A stretch of 64,000 nucleotides of DNA from NCBI GenBank assembly GCA_965220745.1, contig CBDCQT010000005.1:160001-224000 (forward strand). The letters are read 5' to 3'. The stretch comes from Alphaproteobacteria bacterium. Its GTDB lineage: Bacteria; Pseudomonadota; Alphaproteobacteria; UBA828. Below, one piece after another: positions 1 to 9,232 of the stretch. The notes beneath the pieces were generated by a model, which made no database searches, was not told the DNA's origin, and worked only from the letters and a program-made list of their open reading frames with translations. A program made the translations under genes and the position numbers. The first letter of the stretch is position 1. Each line of letters starts with the position of its first letter.

Positions 1-1789
1 GACGATTTCGGATGCCGGGCAGTGCGTGAACGAAATCGCGCACGAGATAACTCAGGATGTCTGTACCAGTAGTATCCTGCTCGTCCTTGGTTGGAATTGG
101 ATCTATGCTGTGACCGAAACCGCGCGCTTCCACCTCCTCGGCGGGCCGCAGCCCAAGGAACCAGGCAACCAGTGACTGCTCGTCCTCTCTAGAGTGGGTC
201 TCGACGACTGGGAAAAGGTGCTTCTCTTCGAACACCACCGGCAGGGTTGCACACTTTCCGTCCCACGAGACCTCGGCTTCAAGATCCGGCAGTGCCGGCC
301 ACGACTGAGCGTCACCATCACCAGACGTCGGTTGGTTCAGCCAAGACGCGCTTAATGTGGTGCTTGCGGAAAAGACGGGCTCCGTGTGGTTGGGAGCAGG
401 TACCGTCCAAGAATCGAACCAATGTTCTTTTTTTGACAGGCGCGACCGGATGTCTCTCATACGAATAACGACTTTGCCGGGCCAGGCTACGGCATTGCCT
501 TCGACAGTCAATTCTTCGCGCTTTGCCCGTAGGGAGACGATGAAGGCGGGCCACATTCTGTCCTCGTCGCCGTCAAGGTTCGCAGGGTCGACGACGTACT
601 CTCCCGGTCGCCCCGTCACCTTTTGCCACGCGGTTCCGATAGACGCTACGTCCTTCAGAGTGGAGGACTGCTCGTGCGGAACCGACCAAAGTATGCCCGC
701 CTCCACGTTACCGCCACGGACCAGACCGAGACCTTTTCGCGTGAGGTTGAACGAACCAATGGCAAGCCGCGTGGTCTTCGCGCCGATCGCAAGCAAGGCC
801 TTGGCGTGCAACGGGCGATTTCCTTCCGGGTCCGTTCTGCGGCGCTGGGCGACTTCGTCGAATTCACTGTCTTCGTCGTCCCCTTGGAGCGGACAGCCGT
901 AACTCGGATCTGCCGCGGCAACCTCTACAGTGGCGCCCTTATCGAGCAGGGCTCTCACGAGTGCCGCGGGGATGGCGGGACGAGCAGTGCCATGTTCGTC
1001 GAGGTCGCAGGGTCCAATCAGCCGCACTGTCTTCCAGCGTCCGCCGCAGAAGCCCTTGAGCGCGGCCGCGACGTCGGAGAGATCATCTCCTGAAGGCCAG
1101 AACGGACTTATGATGGTGAGGCAATCAATCCTGTCTGGGGGGTCCGCAAGGGACGGAAAGCCGTCTTCGGAAGGAAGACCGACGAAGCGGACCAGTTTGT
1201 TTCGGCGCCGCGCCGGGCGAGTTGAGAGCACTGCCCTAATATCTCGGATTTGCCCAGTGAGTTGGCTTGTCGAGGGGCCGATCACATTCTCGAGCCAGTC
1301 CACGGCATCCTGAACCGCTGTTGCCATCTCAGCTGAGGCACCAGGGGCGTGGTCGATAGACGCGGCCACCTCGATGTTGCTCCGATAACCTGAGCCCGTG
1401 AGATTCGCCGAGCCCACCAATAGTCGGACGATCTGGTTTTCGGCTTCTGAGGCGGCCGGCGCGACAAATCGCAAGATGGCGATCTTTGCGTGCAGCTTGG
1501 GGTAGGGCCCTTCGGGTAATGCAAGGAGATCAATGCGCGGAGACCGACGCAGTCCAGGTCTGTATCGACCCGGGTGAAAAAATATCGACACCTCTACATC
1601 CTGTAGCGCGTGCTCTAATTCCAGTCGGAACTCCCTCCCTCGGGCTGGCGCGAGCTGCAAGCCGAGTGCAGTCGGCAGCAGGTCTTCCTCCAGGAAGTCC
1701 GCATCCAGCTCGTAGGTCGTAGCGACCACGCTGGCGAGGCGGTAGCCGAGCGGCGGCTCCCACATCTCAAGAAGCCGGCGGGGATTCAC
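1..1789 (-). CDS. Phospholipase D-superfamily protein with two HxK motifs (putative nuclease), 3' end beyond left edge
   Basis: Not in the ORF track because it has no stop in the window. My translation from GTG 1789 (GTGA overlap with upstream stop) reads MNPRRLLEMWEPPLGYRLASVVATTYELD...LHAKIAIL...GSANLT...LHAKALLA...GSFNLT...DILSYLVRDFVHALPGIRNR, still in frame at position 2. Confidence 0.8.
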   Translation of the reverse strand, partial: MNPRRLLEMWEPPLGYRLASVVATTYELDADFLEEDLLPTALGLQLAPARGREFRLELEHALQDVEVSIFFHPGRYRPGLRRSPRIDLLALPEGPYPKLHAKIAILRFVAPAASEAENQIVRLLVGSANLTGSGYRSNIEVAASIDHAPGASAEMATAVQDAVDWLENVIGPSTSQLTGQIRDIRAVLSTRPARRRNKLVRFVGLPSEDGFPSLADPPDRIDCLTIISPFWPSGDDLSDVAAALKGFCGGRWKTVRLIGPCDLDEHGTARPAIPAALVRALLDKGATVEVAAADPSYGCPLQGDDEDSEFDEVAQRRRTDPEGNRPLHAKALLAIGAKTTRLAIGSFNLTRKGLGLVRGGNVEAGILWSVPHEQSSTLKDVASIGTAWQKVTGRPGEYVVDPANLDGDEDRMWPAFIVSLRAKREELTVEGNAVAWPGKVVIRMRDIRSRLSKKEHWFDSWTVPAPNHTEPVFSASTTLSASWLNQPTSGDGDAQSWPALPDLEAEVSWDGKCATLPVVFEEKHLFPVVETHSREDEQSLVAWFLGLRPAEEVEARGFGHSIDPIPTKDEQDTTGTDILSYLVRDFVHALPGIRNR

Positions 1790-3114
1790 GATTTGGATTC
1801 CCATGCTCCGACTTCACGCAGCATGCCCGTGAATTGCTCGATTCGATATGGATGCGTCAACTGGTTGCTGTCTGGCCTGGTCGGTCTGTCGTCCAGCGCG
1901 TAACGTGGAACGATCGCTATTTGGTTCCCCCTAATCTCGGCCCAAGGACGCTTTGGTTGTCGCGAGGCGTCCAGCTTGCCCGCCTGCACGCGGTCGTGGT
2001 GCCGAATCAAATTGAGAGCCAGTTCCTCGTCGTTTCGGGAGCGGACTGTGTGTTCGACGGCCAGGGAAAATGCGTGCATCGCTGTGGCTACAGGTCTGGG
2101 TAGTCGATCTTGATGTGCCGTTAGCGCTCTCTGGAGCGCGTCGGCCCGCTGGGCCAGGGATGCGAGTCGCCCCGCAAACTCGATTCCTCTTAACCGCACG
2201 GGTCGGTGGTAACCCGCCGCCAGAATCTGATTGAATCGGTACAGTAAGTCTCGGTGCAAGCCCTCGAATGACAGTGCTACCGTGATAACCGCTGCCAGCT
2301 GATTCGCCAGCGAGTCATGTTGTTTCTTGAGGTGCTTGGCGAGCAGTCGAAACGAGTTGCTATCGGAGGCAGTGGCGCACGTGGCTCGTGTCGCCAATGC
2401 CATTCGCCTATGCGCGTCGGGTTCCAGGAGGGCATCGGCAAGCATTCGCTGCTCGCGCCTTGAGGCGGTTCCGAGGTGCGACGCGCGGCCCCAGTTAATC
2501 AGAACGGAATCGCTGAAAGTAAAATCCTCGCCGCCCACGACGCGAAGCAGACTCTCACGGCTTGGTGTCGCTTTGTGTCGAAGAAAAGCATCGCCTAGTT
2601 CGGCACCCCGGGGCGTGAGCGTGCCAGAATCGCTCTCAATCAGACCCCCTGCCACCAGAGTGACCCAATAGGTACCCACACCACCGACGCCACCCTGATT
2701 GCGCAACATGGGAAACTTCGGTGATCTGATGCCTTCGTCAACGGCGCGTCGAACGTAGGATATCCCTCGAAGCTGGCGCCATGAAGGGTCATTCTCTGCG
2801 GTGCCCTCAGACTTAGCATACATGCCGGTGGCCAGCGCCAGGACACGTTCCCACGCGAGGATTTCCTGGCGGCGCGCCCGTCCTGCTCTCCCGCCGGACG
2901 GTGCCTTCGGCAACTCATCAAGTAACCTTAGGCCGGCGCAAATCCACGAGAGGTATCGGACGCGGGACGTGATCGTAGTAACACCTGGAAGCAGTGCGGT
3001 AGCTATCGCTGTGAAGGGACGCAGCGCTCCAAGAGGATCGATGCTTCCGGAGGCGGCAGCGCGGGGATCCCAGGCGGACACAACGGGCATTGGGAGAGCG
3101 TTATCGGTCTTCAA
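1786..3114 (-). CDS. Hypothetical protein with N-terminal DPLG...PGVTTIT.R.RY motif (DUF6361-like), translationally coupled to the PLD gene
   Basis: ORF 1786..3255. Likely start is TTG 3114 (GGAG upstream) or ATG 3090. Motif SIDPLG...LLPGVTTITSRVRYLSW; stop overlaps next start (GTGA). Confidence 0.7.
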   Translation of the reverse strand: MKTDNALPMPVVSAWDPRAAASGSIDPLGALRPFTAIATALLPGVTTITSRVRYLSWICAGLRLLDELPKAPSGGRAGRARRQEILAWERVLALATGMYAKSEGTAENDPSWRQLRGISYVRRAVDEGIRSPKFPMLRNQGGVGGVGTYWVTLVAGGLIESDSGTLTPRGAELGDAFLRHKATPSRESLLRVVGGEDFTFSDSVLINWGRASHLGTASRREQRMLADALLEPDAHRRMALATRATCATASDSNSFRLLAKHLKKQHDSLANQLAAVITVALSFEGLHRDLLYRFNQILAAGYHRPVRLRGIEFAGRLASLAQRADALQRALTAHQDRLPRPVATAMHAFSLAVEHTVRSRNDEELALNLIRHHDRVQAGKLDASRQPKRPWAEIRGNQIAIVPRYALDDRPTRPDSNQLTHPYRIEQFTGMLREVGAWESKS

Positions 3115-3498
3115 CGAGCGTCTCCCGATTTGGGCTAGGAGCGGTGCAGAAGGCGGCTTCCTTCGGCTTCGTGGTCGTCTCTCGGCACCATATACTGAGA
3201 ACTTGCACCAGTGTGAGCAAGACACTCTCCGTCCTGGAAGGTGCCCGACACCCACGCCGCGACACGGTGGTCGGCTTTGTCGTCGTGCCGTCGAGCACCC
3301 CGGTTCAGTGATTTGTTCGCTGCATACTTGTGCAAGCTGGCGCTTGCCGATTCATTGCAAGACGAGACGAACGGGCCGACGGGTCGACGCCGTGCCCTTC
3401 GTCCAGCAAAGGGGGTTACCCTTCCCAACCAAGCCAACAGCTCAGCGTACTAGGCGGCGCCAATCCCGGGCGCCGAATCAAGACCAGCCCAAGCCGTG

Positions 3499-4600
3499 TC
3501 AGCATTCCTGGCGCTGCCCGGGCCACTTCCCCGCCATGTCGGCGCGGATGCGTTCCGTCACCTTGCGACCCTCGCTGGTCGAGTCTCGCTCGAACTTCCT
3601 CCCGTCCATGAGGATGACGGGTCCCAGCTCCTGCATGCGCTCGTGCGTGACCTCCTTGCCGGCGAGGTAGGACGGCCGCTCGAAGCCCATCACCTCGACC
3701 ACCCAGGTTCGCTCCTCGCCCTTCCGCCGCGCGTGGATGAGGAAGTCCGGTCGGCACGGCCCTTGCTTCGTGTCTATGTCGAACACTGGCTTCTCCATCG
3801 TGAACTCGGCATCCGGGAATTCCCTGTCCAACATCCACAGCGTCGTCGTGATCGTCGAGAAAGCCTGGCGCTCGTAGTCCGAGTCCACCGGAACCGGGCG
3901 GTGGACCGACACGACGGGCTGCGCCCAGCCCCGCACGCACTCGTATCCGCGCCGCCTGGTGGTCAGCGCCACCACACCGAAGAACAGGTATGGGCCTGAC
4001 ACGTGGCGCCCGCCGATCGTCGGCCGCCTGATCCGCGTGACCACCTCGAGCTCGCGGTACTTGCTGGTTGCCGGCAGGGACCTCTCTCCCACGTGGCGTA
4101 CCGGAAAGCACACGAAGCCTTGCGGCACGTGGCCCTCCGGGAGGTCCCGCGCGGCCTCCCGGACCCGCGCGTGTACGCTCCGCCGGTCCCAGCCAGTGCG
4201 CCACGGAAACAGGAGCCCGTCCAACGGGTGTCCGGGCGCGACCTCCATTGTCTTCGCCGCGGCACGCATGGCATCCATCCACCCACCGATACCCGGTGGG
4301 GGCTCGTTCGCCCGCACCCTCGTGAGGCCGGCCGTCTCCAGCGACAAGTACAAGAGCACCGGCAACGCCGGCAGCCGCCGCCGACCCGGTTCCCTGTCCC
4401 CGTCCTCCTCCGGCGCCCGGAGGGGATCGGTCAGCGTTGTGCCATCCTCGCTGGAGTCCGACGGCGCTGAATTGCAGTCCTTGCGGGCGCGCAGCGCGGC
4501 AAAATATCCCTCCGGCGGCACCCGCGCCGCCCGGCGCCAATTTCTCTTGGCGAGCTCCTAGCGGTTCTCCCGGTAGAAGACGCAATCGGGGTTGCCATCC
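3499..4600 (-). pseudogene. DUF1173-like PD-(D/E)XK-fold protein, apparently 5'-disrupted
   Basis: ORF 3499..4521 has RPDFLI...VVEVMG in its C-terminal part. The same frame continues upstream through a TAG at 4558-4560 into NPDCVFYRENR, resembling the DC.FY motif of DUF1173 N-termini. Confidence 0.5.
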
Positions 4601-4749
4601 AGGCATAGCATCGGGGAAGGCATGGCCCATCATTGGTTCAAGCTTCGAAGCATGCGACGTACAGCAATTGGCAACGCTCGATTGAGTCCTTAGCAGCGCT
4701 CTCCGGCTGGGTACCTTCCTCCCCGCGCGACGCCGGCCGGCCGCAACCC

Positions 4750-5643
4750 TCATCCCGCAGCAACCTCGATCATCAAGCGGCAATGGTCGCTCGGGCCCCA
4801 CTCGTCCGCGTGGTTAAGCGCGCGCACCGTCACCCGTTTGTGGAAGCCGCGCGAGGCGATGGCGTAGTCGAGCTGGCGGTTGGCTTCTTTCGGAGGGCGC
4901 CCGTTTCGCACCCACGTCGGCACGTTCTTCGTATCGGGTGGCACGTCAGGCTGCGACCCTGCCGGCGGCTGCCAACCGTCCGGCGCCTGCGGGCCCAGGA
5001 ACTCCAGTCCGAGCGCCGCCACCCGATCCCAGAACGTCTTCTCGCGCTCGGGCAGCGCCAGGGTGCTGCCGGTCGCACCATAGATCATGTTGAGATCACC
5101 GGCCGCGAGAATGCGGTGCCTGGACGGGTCCTCGTGGCCGATGAAGGCCAAGATGTCCGAGAGGATGCGGTGCGCTGACACATCGGGCGCGCCGACCCGC
5201 CACGGCGTATCGGTCGACGGGTGAGGCTTGATGTAACGCGCATACATGGAGACCGCGATGAACGCGTCGTTCGCTGGCCGGCCGCGCGGCCTCACCTTGG
5301 CGGCGGTGATGGTCCCGATGCCGCTGATGGCCATGTCGTGCTCACCCAGCTCGCTGATCGGCGGCACCGCCCTGAACCATTCGACCTCCACCCGGTCGGA
5401 CAACTGCACCACCAGAGACCAGCGGTCGTAGATCGGGCGGCCTTTGTACGGGCGGTCCCTCCAGAATTCGTCGCTTCCATATCGAAGCGGCTGCGCCAGA
5501 TCGGGGGGCGGGTCCCCTGCTTCCTGCAAGAGCGCGACATCGGCCTCCCCTCGCCGCGCCATCTCGACCAGCACGTGCCACGGCTGCTCGCGCCTGAAGA
5601 CATTCCAGCTCACGACCCTGATCATTCGGCTTTGCTCCTTCAC
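4750..5643 (-). CDS. Endonuclease/exonuclease/phosphatase (EEP) family protein
   Basis: Motifs VVSWNV, LLQE, AGDLN, QLDY and SDH in canonical order. Confidence 0.85.
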   Translation of the reverse strand: MKEQSRMIRVVSWNVFRREQPWHVLVEMARRGEADVALLQEAGDPPPDLAQPLRYGSDEFWRDRPYKGRPIYDRWSLVVQLSDRVEVEWFRAVPPISELGEHDMAISGIGTITAAKVRPRGRPANDAFIAVSMYARYIKPHPSTDTPWRVGAPDVSAHRILSDILAFIGHEDPSRHRILAAGDLNMIYGATGSTLALPEREKTFWDRVAALGLEFLGPQAPDGWQPPAGSQPDVPPDTKNVPTWVRNGRPPKEANRQLDYAIASRGFHKRVTVRALNHADEWGPSDHCRLMIEVAAG

Positions 5644-5988
5644 GCGGTTGCAGGCTCACTATGCATGGTGCCCGCGTTCGTCTCACGGCTCTCCGGGGTC
5701 GCCATGGTGTTCCGAGGGTGACGCAGGAGCTTCTCGGCGGGCGCAGACCGCGGTGACACTCAAAGCTCGGGCGATCCGCGTCCGCCATAAGGTACATGGG
5801 CGTAACGTAGGCAAAAACGGGCTCCGTCCGGGCCGCGCCGTCTGCCGATGCAGCGCTCGCCGGGTACGCCGCGTTCGTTCGGGAGGCGGGCCGTCCTATG
5901 TCACGACAGGATAGAAGGGCCGTCCCCAGTCCTCGTGCGGGTTATCCATCATCACGTCGACGAAGACCCAAGTATTGATTCCCCATAT

Positions 5989-8895
5989 CTAGTGCCTCGC
6001 CTTCATGGTCGGCTCACGGTTGAGAGATTTCGCCAGCCCGTCGAACAAATCCTTGCTCTCAACTCCCAACAGCTCCGTTGCCAACCTAGAATCGAGCTCC
6101 CTTCTGATCGGATCGGATGAAATGAACGCAAAGCCCTGTAACCTTGCCCGCTTAAGGTCCCGGAAAATACTGACGGCTTTCCGCAATTTCGTCTTGGACA
6201 AAGACTTGACATTCAATACGGGCAACTCTCTGGCTCGTTCATGAGGCACTGCGCTTCTGCCAAGATAGGGGCGATTTGCACTGGCGATTCGCAGCAGAAG
6301 ACCGGGTGTTGAGTTCAGCCACAGGCAAAGCGCTTCCTCTTCGCCAGCTCTACGCACGAGTGGTTTGATGGTAATCCACGATCTGACCCCTATCATGGGT
6401 TCGTCAGTGAGGACGGCTGCTAACCGTTGCGGAGCATGTCCAAGATCGCTCGCTAGATGGAGTCGCCCCATCTCCAGCAACATTGCTTTCTGGTCGCTTT
6501 TCCTCGGGCCCTTTCGTGGCTGAAGTCTCGCGTTCGCTGATACTTCAAGCGTCGTAATGGACTCCGCGCTGTGGTGCCATAGTGCTGGGTGTCCCGCGCG
6601 CGTTGGATCATCAGACTCCACAATGTCAAACAAGCCCTGTTTTGGATTCTTGATCTGCATGTGATAGGGTCCAAGCGTGCATAACTCCCCTAACGACACT
6701 ATAGGAATGTTCCATTTCTTACGTTTGAAGACGAAAACGCTGTTCTTTATCAGCTTGCGAGCAATCTCAATTAAGCGGCCTTGTACGAAAGTCGTGTAGA
6801 TCCAAGGTCCCTCGCCGATTTTGCGTTGCTTAACGGAAGTGAGTTCTCCCCAAACCTGATCTCCCGTCAATATCTCGACTTGTTTGCAACTCGAAGCTGA
6901 GGCGAGCAAGCTTTGGGTTACAGCCATCGCTGAAATCGGATCATCCACATTGCGGCGAAGATTCACGAAATTCGTGGATCCTCTTGCTGACTTTCCCTTC
7001 TGTAGCTTTGTCGCAACTATGAGCACCTCCGCAATTCGAGTCGATTCGGAAAAACTCACAAATCGTCTACCGGGCAAATCCGCGGTCTTGGACCTATACC
7101 GTGCATCGTGACTTGTAATGACCCAATGCAGCTCGTAGTTCTCCAAGAGCATTTGCCGAAGGGGTTCCCAACGACTCCCGGTTGTCAACGTTGCCGGTAG
7201 AACGAAAGCCAAGCGTCCGCCCGCGCCTAAACGCTCATCAGCTAATACCAAAAACGCTGAGCCAAGGCCCGCGTACAAAGACGCGGGTGTGCCAGCTAAC
7301 ATTTTTTGTAGCGTTTGATGCATTCTTTTTGCATCCTTCTTCGAAATCACAGAACCAAATAGAGGATTCCATAAAGTGTTTTCTTCGTCACCCGGACCTC
7401 CCGCCCGGGTGAACGGTGGATTGGCAATTATCAAGTCGACTTTTCGAGGGAAATTAACGATATGCTTTTCCTCTCCATGGCCACTTCGTGTCGAAGCGTC
7501 TCCATGTTCGGGAAATAGTGGCATGGATTGTGCCGTTCCTTTCCCAGGTGCAGACTGAAGAAAATCCAGACTTCCAAGCCTCGCCGTACCGTTTCTGACA
7601 TCATGAGGCATTCGAAAGATGGGCATATCCTTAATGACCTGGCTGCTTTCAGCCATTGAAAGTGTAGCCGCAGTCAAGTGGACCGCTCCGGGTACAACAT
7701 CGTAACCTGCGAGAACCTTCTCAAGCGCTACACGAACAAGTCTTCTGATAGTGCTTGGAAGGTGAACTCCTTCAACTGACCGGCGGTGGTTACGCAGAAG
7801 TTCTTGGAGCACAGCCATCAGTAGCGTGCCAGTTCCGCAGGCAGGGTCTATGACTCGGATACTTCCGATTGCCTTCGGGTCGCTCCAGTCGACTTTTGCC
7901 CAGCGAGAATGGGTTGGATCAAAAGAAAGTCCGGCTAGCATGACTGCTGCAGGGATTGTAGTATAGTTTGTAGCAAGAAATTTTCGAGAATTAAGTAATC
8001 GGTGATAAATGCGCCCCGCAATATCGTGCTGCCGTATCTCACGTCTGGTGGCGATGCTGCGTGCTGCTTGCTTTAGGGGGATAAGCGCGAGAGATGACCA
8101 TTGCGGAGGCATGTCTCTCAGTGTATCGCGAGCGATTGAAAATATTGGCCACCAATTAATCTTGAGTATTTCTCCCCATTGTCGTTGCAACTCGTCAGGC
8201 GCATCATCATAACCCGGCGATGTGATTGTGCGATGCCGGTGCGCGGCCGGGAGGGCGTCTTGGTTTAGGTTCGCCGCAAGTAGTTCGTGGAACAGCAGTG
8301 CGTTGAGCCAGACCAGAGCCATTGCTGCTAACGTTTGCTCGCCCTCCGGCGACTGGATTGTCGGAACGCGCTCTAGGGACTGAACCGCTTCTTCAATAGC
8401 GAGCGAAGCTTGATTTACTGCGTCTTCTACGGAAGATGCACTCGCATGCTGGATCCAATAAGCGTGAAGTGTTTCTGCGAGGGCGGCCACAGTCCCTTCT
8501 TGTTTGATTCCTTGAAGTAGCTTGCCGTCGGCGTCCCTTGCGACTTCTTGAAAGGTGACCTTGCATTTGCGTAGTGCCTTGCGGGCCTCCGGCTCGCTCA
8601 TTCGTTGCAATATGTTTGGGTAGATTACTTCGAACACGGATTCAATCGGGATGCCTCGCCAACGAAGTGGTGTTGACGGGAGTCGCTTTGTGGAGTCCTT
8701 TCGCAGAGTGTGGGCAGGAGAGAATTCAGCTTCTATAGCGACAATGCGGTCGTCAAGATCTACTAGGACGTCGATTTGGTGTCGGCGTCCTGTGGCGTCC
8801 TTCAAGCTCTGTTCAGCCGCGGACGTGTCGAAACCCCGTTCACGAAGGATCGTCGCCAATTCGCCATTGAGCAGTGGTTCAACGGTGTTTCCCAC
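5989..8895 (-). CDS. Type IIG-like restriction-modification fusion (N-terminal nuclease, amino-methyltransferase, C-terminal target recognition region)
   Basis: DPACGTGT (motif I) and NPPF (motif IV); N-terminal QIDVLVD...IEAEF nuclease-like motif. Likely start GTG 8895 with GGAG upstream. Visibly lower GC than its flanks. Confidence 0.85.
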   Translation of the reverse strand: MGNTVEPLLNGELATILRERGFDTSAAEQSLKDATGRRHQIDVLVDLDDRIVAIEAEFSPAHTLRKDSTKRLPSTPLRWRGIPIESVFEVIYPNILQRMSEPEARKALRKCKVTFQEVARDADGKLLQGIKQEGTVAALAETLHAYWIQHASASSVEDAVNQASLAIEEAVQSLERVPTIQSPEGEQTLAAMALVWLNALLFHELLAANLNQDALPAAHRHRTITSPGYDDAPDELQRQWGEILKINWWPIFSIARDTLRDMPPQWSSLALIPLKQAARSIATRREIRQHDIAGRIYHRLLNSRKFLATNYTTIPAAVMLAGLSFDPTHSRWAKVDWSDPKAIGSIRVIDPACGTGTLLMAVLQELLRNHRRSVEGVHLPSTIRRLVRVALEKVLAGYDVVPGAVHLTAATLSMAESSQVIKDMPIFRMPHDVRNGTARLGSLDFLQSAPGKGTAQSMPLFPEHGDASTRSGHGEEKHIVNFPRKVDLIIANPPFTRAGGPGDEENTLWNPLFGSVISKKDAKRMHQTLQKMLAGTPASLYAGLGSAFLVLADERLGAGGRLAFVLPATLTTGSRWEPLRQMLLENYELHWVITSHDARYRSKTADLPGRRFVSFSESTRIAEVLIVATKLQKGKSARGSTNFVNLRRNVDDPISAMAVTQSLLASASSCKQVEILTGDQVWGELTSVKQRKIGEGPWIYTTFVQGRLIEIARKLIKNSVFVFKRKKWNIPIVSLGELCTLGPYHMQIKNPKQGLFDIVESDDPTRAGHPALWHHSAESITTLEVSANARLQPRKGPRKSDQKAMLLEMGRLHLASDLGHAPQRLAAVLTDEPMIGVRSWITIKPLVRRAGEEEALCLWLNSTPGLLLRIASANRPYLGRSAVPHERARELPVLNVKSLSKTKLRKAVSIFRDLKRARLQGFAFISSDPIRRELDSRLATELLGVESKDLFDGLAKSLNREPTMKARH

Positions 8896-9232
8896 GACTT
8901 GTCTCCAAAGCTGATTTGAAAGAGCATAGCGAATCGGCGTCAAACGGACCAATTTCAGAACAGCTATAGCGTACCAGCGTACTTTACTGAAGGAGGAGGT
9001 ATGAGGACGGCGAAGCCTCTGATACAGCAGTAACTGGAACAAGTCTTCCCTGTGCTGCATCGGCGCGTGAGCGCTGCCTTCTCCGGGTGATGTTACATCT
9101 GCCTCGTATCTGGGCTGTCGGAGAAGCTTCCCCACCACGGGCAGGTTCTTGCCTGGGAACGGCGCCCCGCCTCGACAGCATGACCCGGCGGCACGCGCGG
9201 ACGCGGCAGTCTGCGCCTACGGCGTTCCACGT

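Noticed and set aside
103-1763. Small ORFs listed in the track over the first 1.8 kb
   Set aside because: All overlap the continuous minus-strand PLD-family frame, which explains the region better.
5650-5985. Possible gene remnant or ncRNA between the EEP and RM genes
   Set aside because: No recognisable motif, stable structure or repeat that I can support by eye.
8991-9033. Strong AGGAGGAGG followed by a 10-codon ORF (MRTAKPLIQQ)
   Set aside because: Too short and unsupported; may be chance or a remnant.
8896-9138. N-terminal 81 aa of the 1049-aa ORF
   Set aside because: Looks non-coding; a GTG with a GGAG RBS at 8895 directly precedes the nuclease-like domain.
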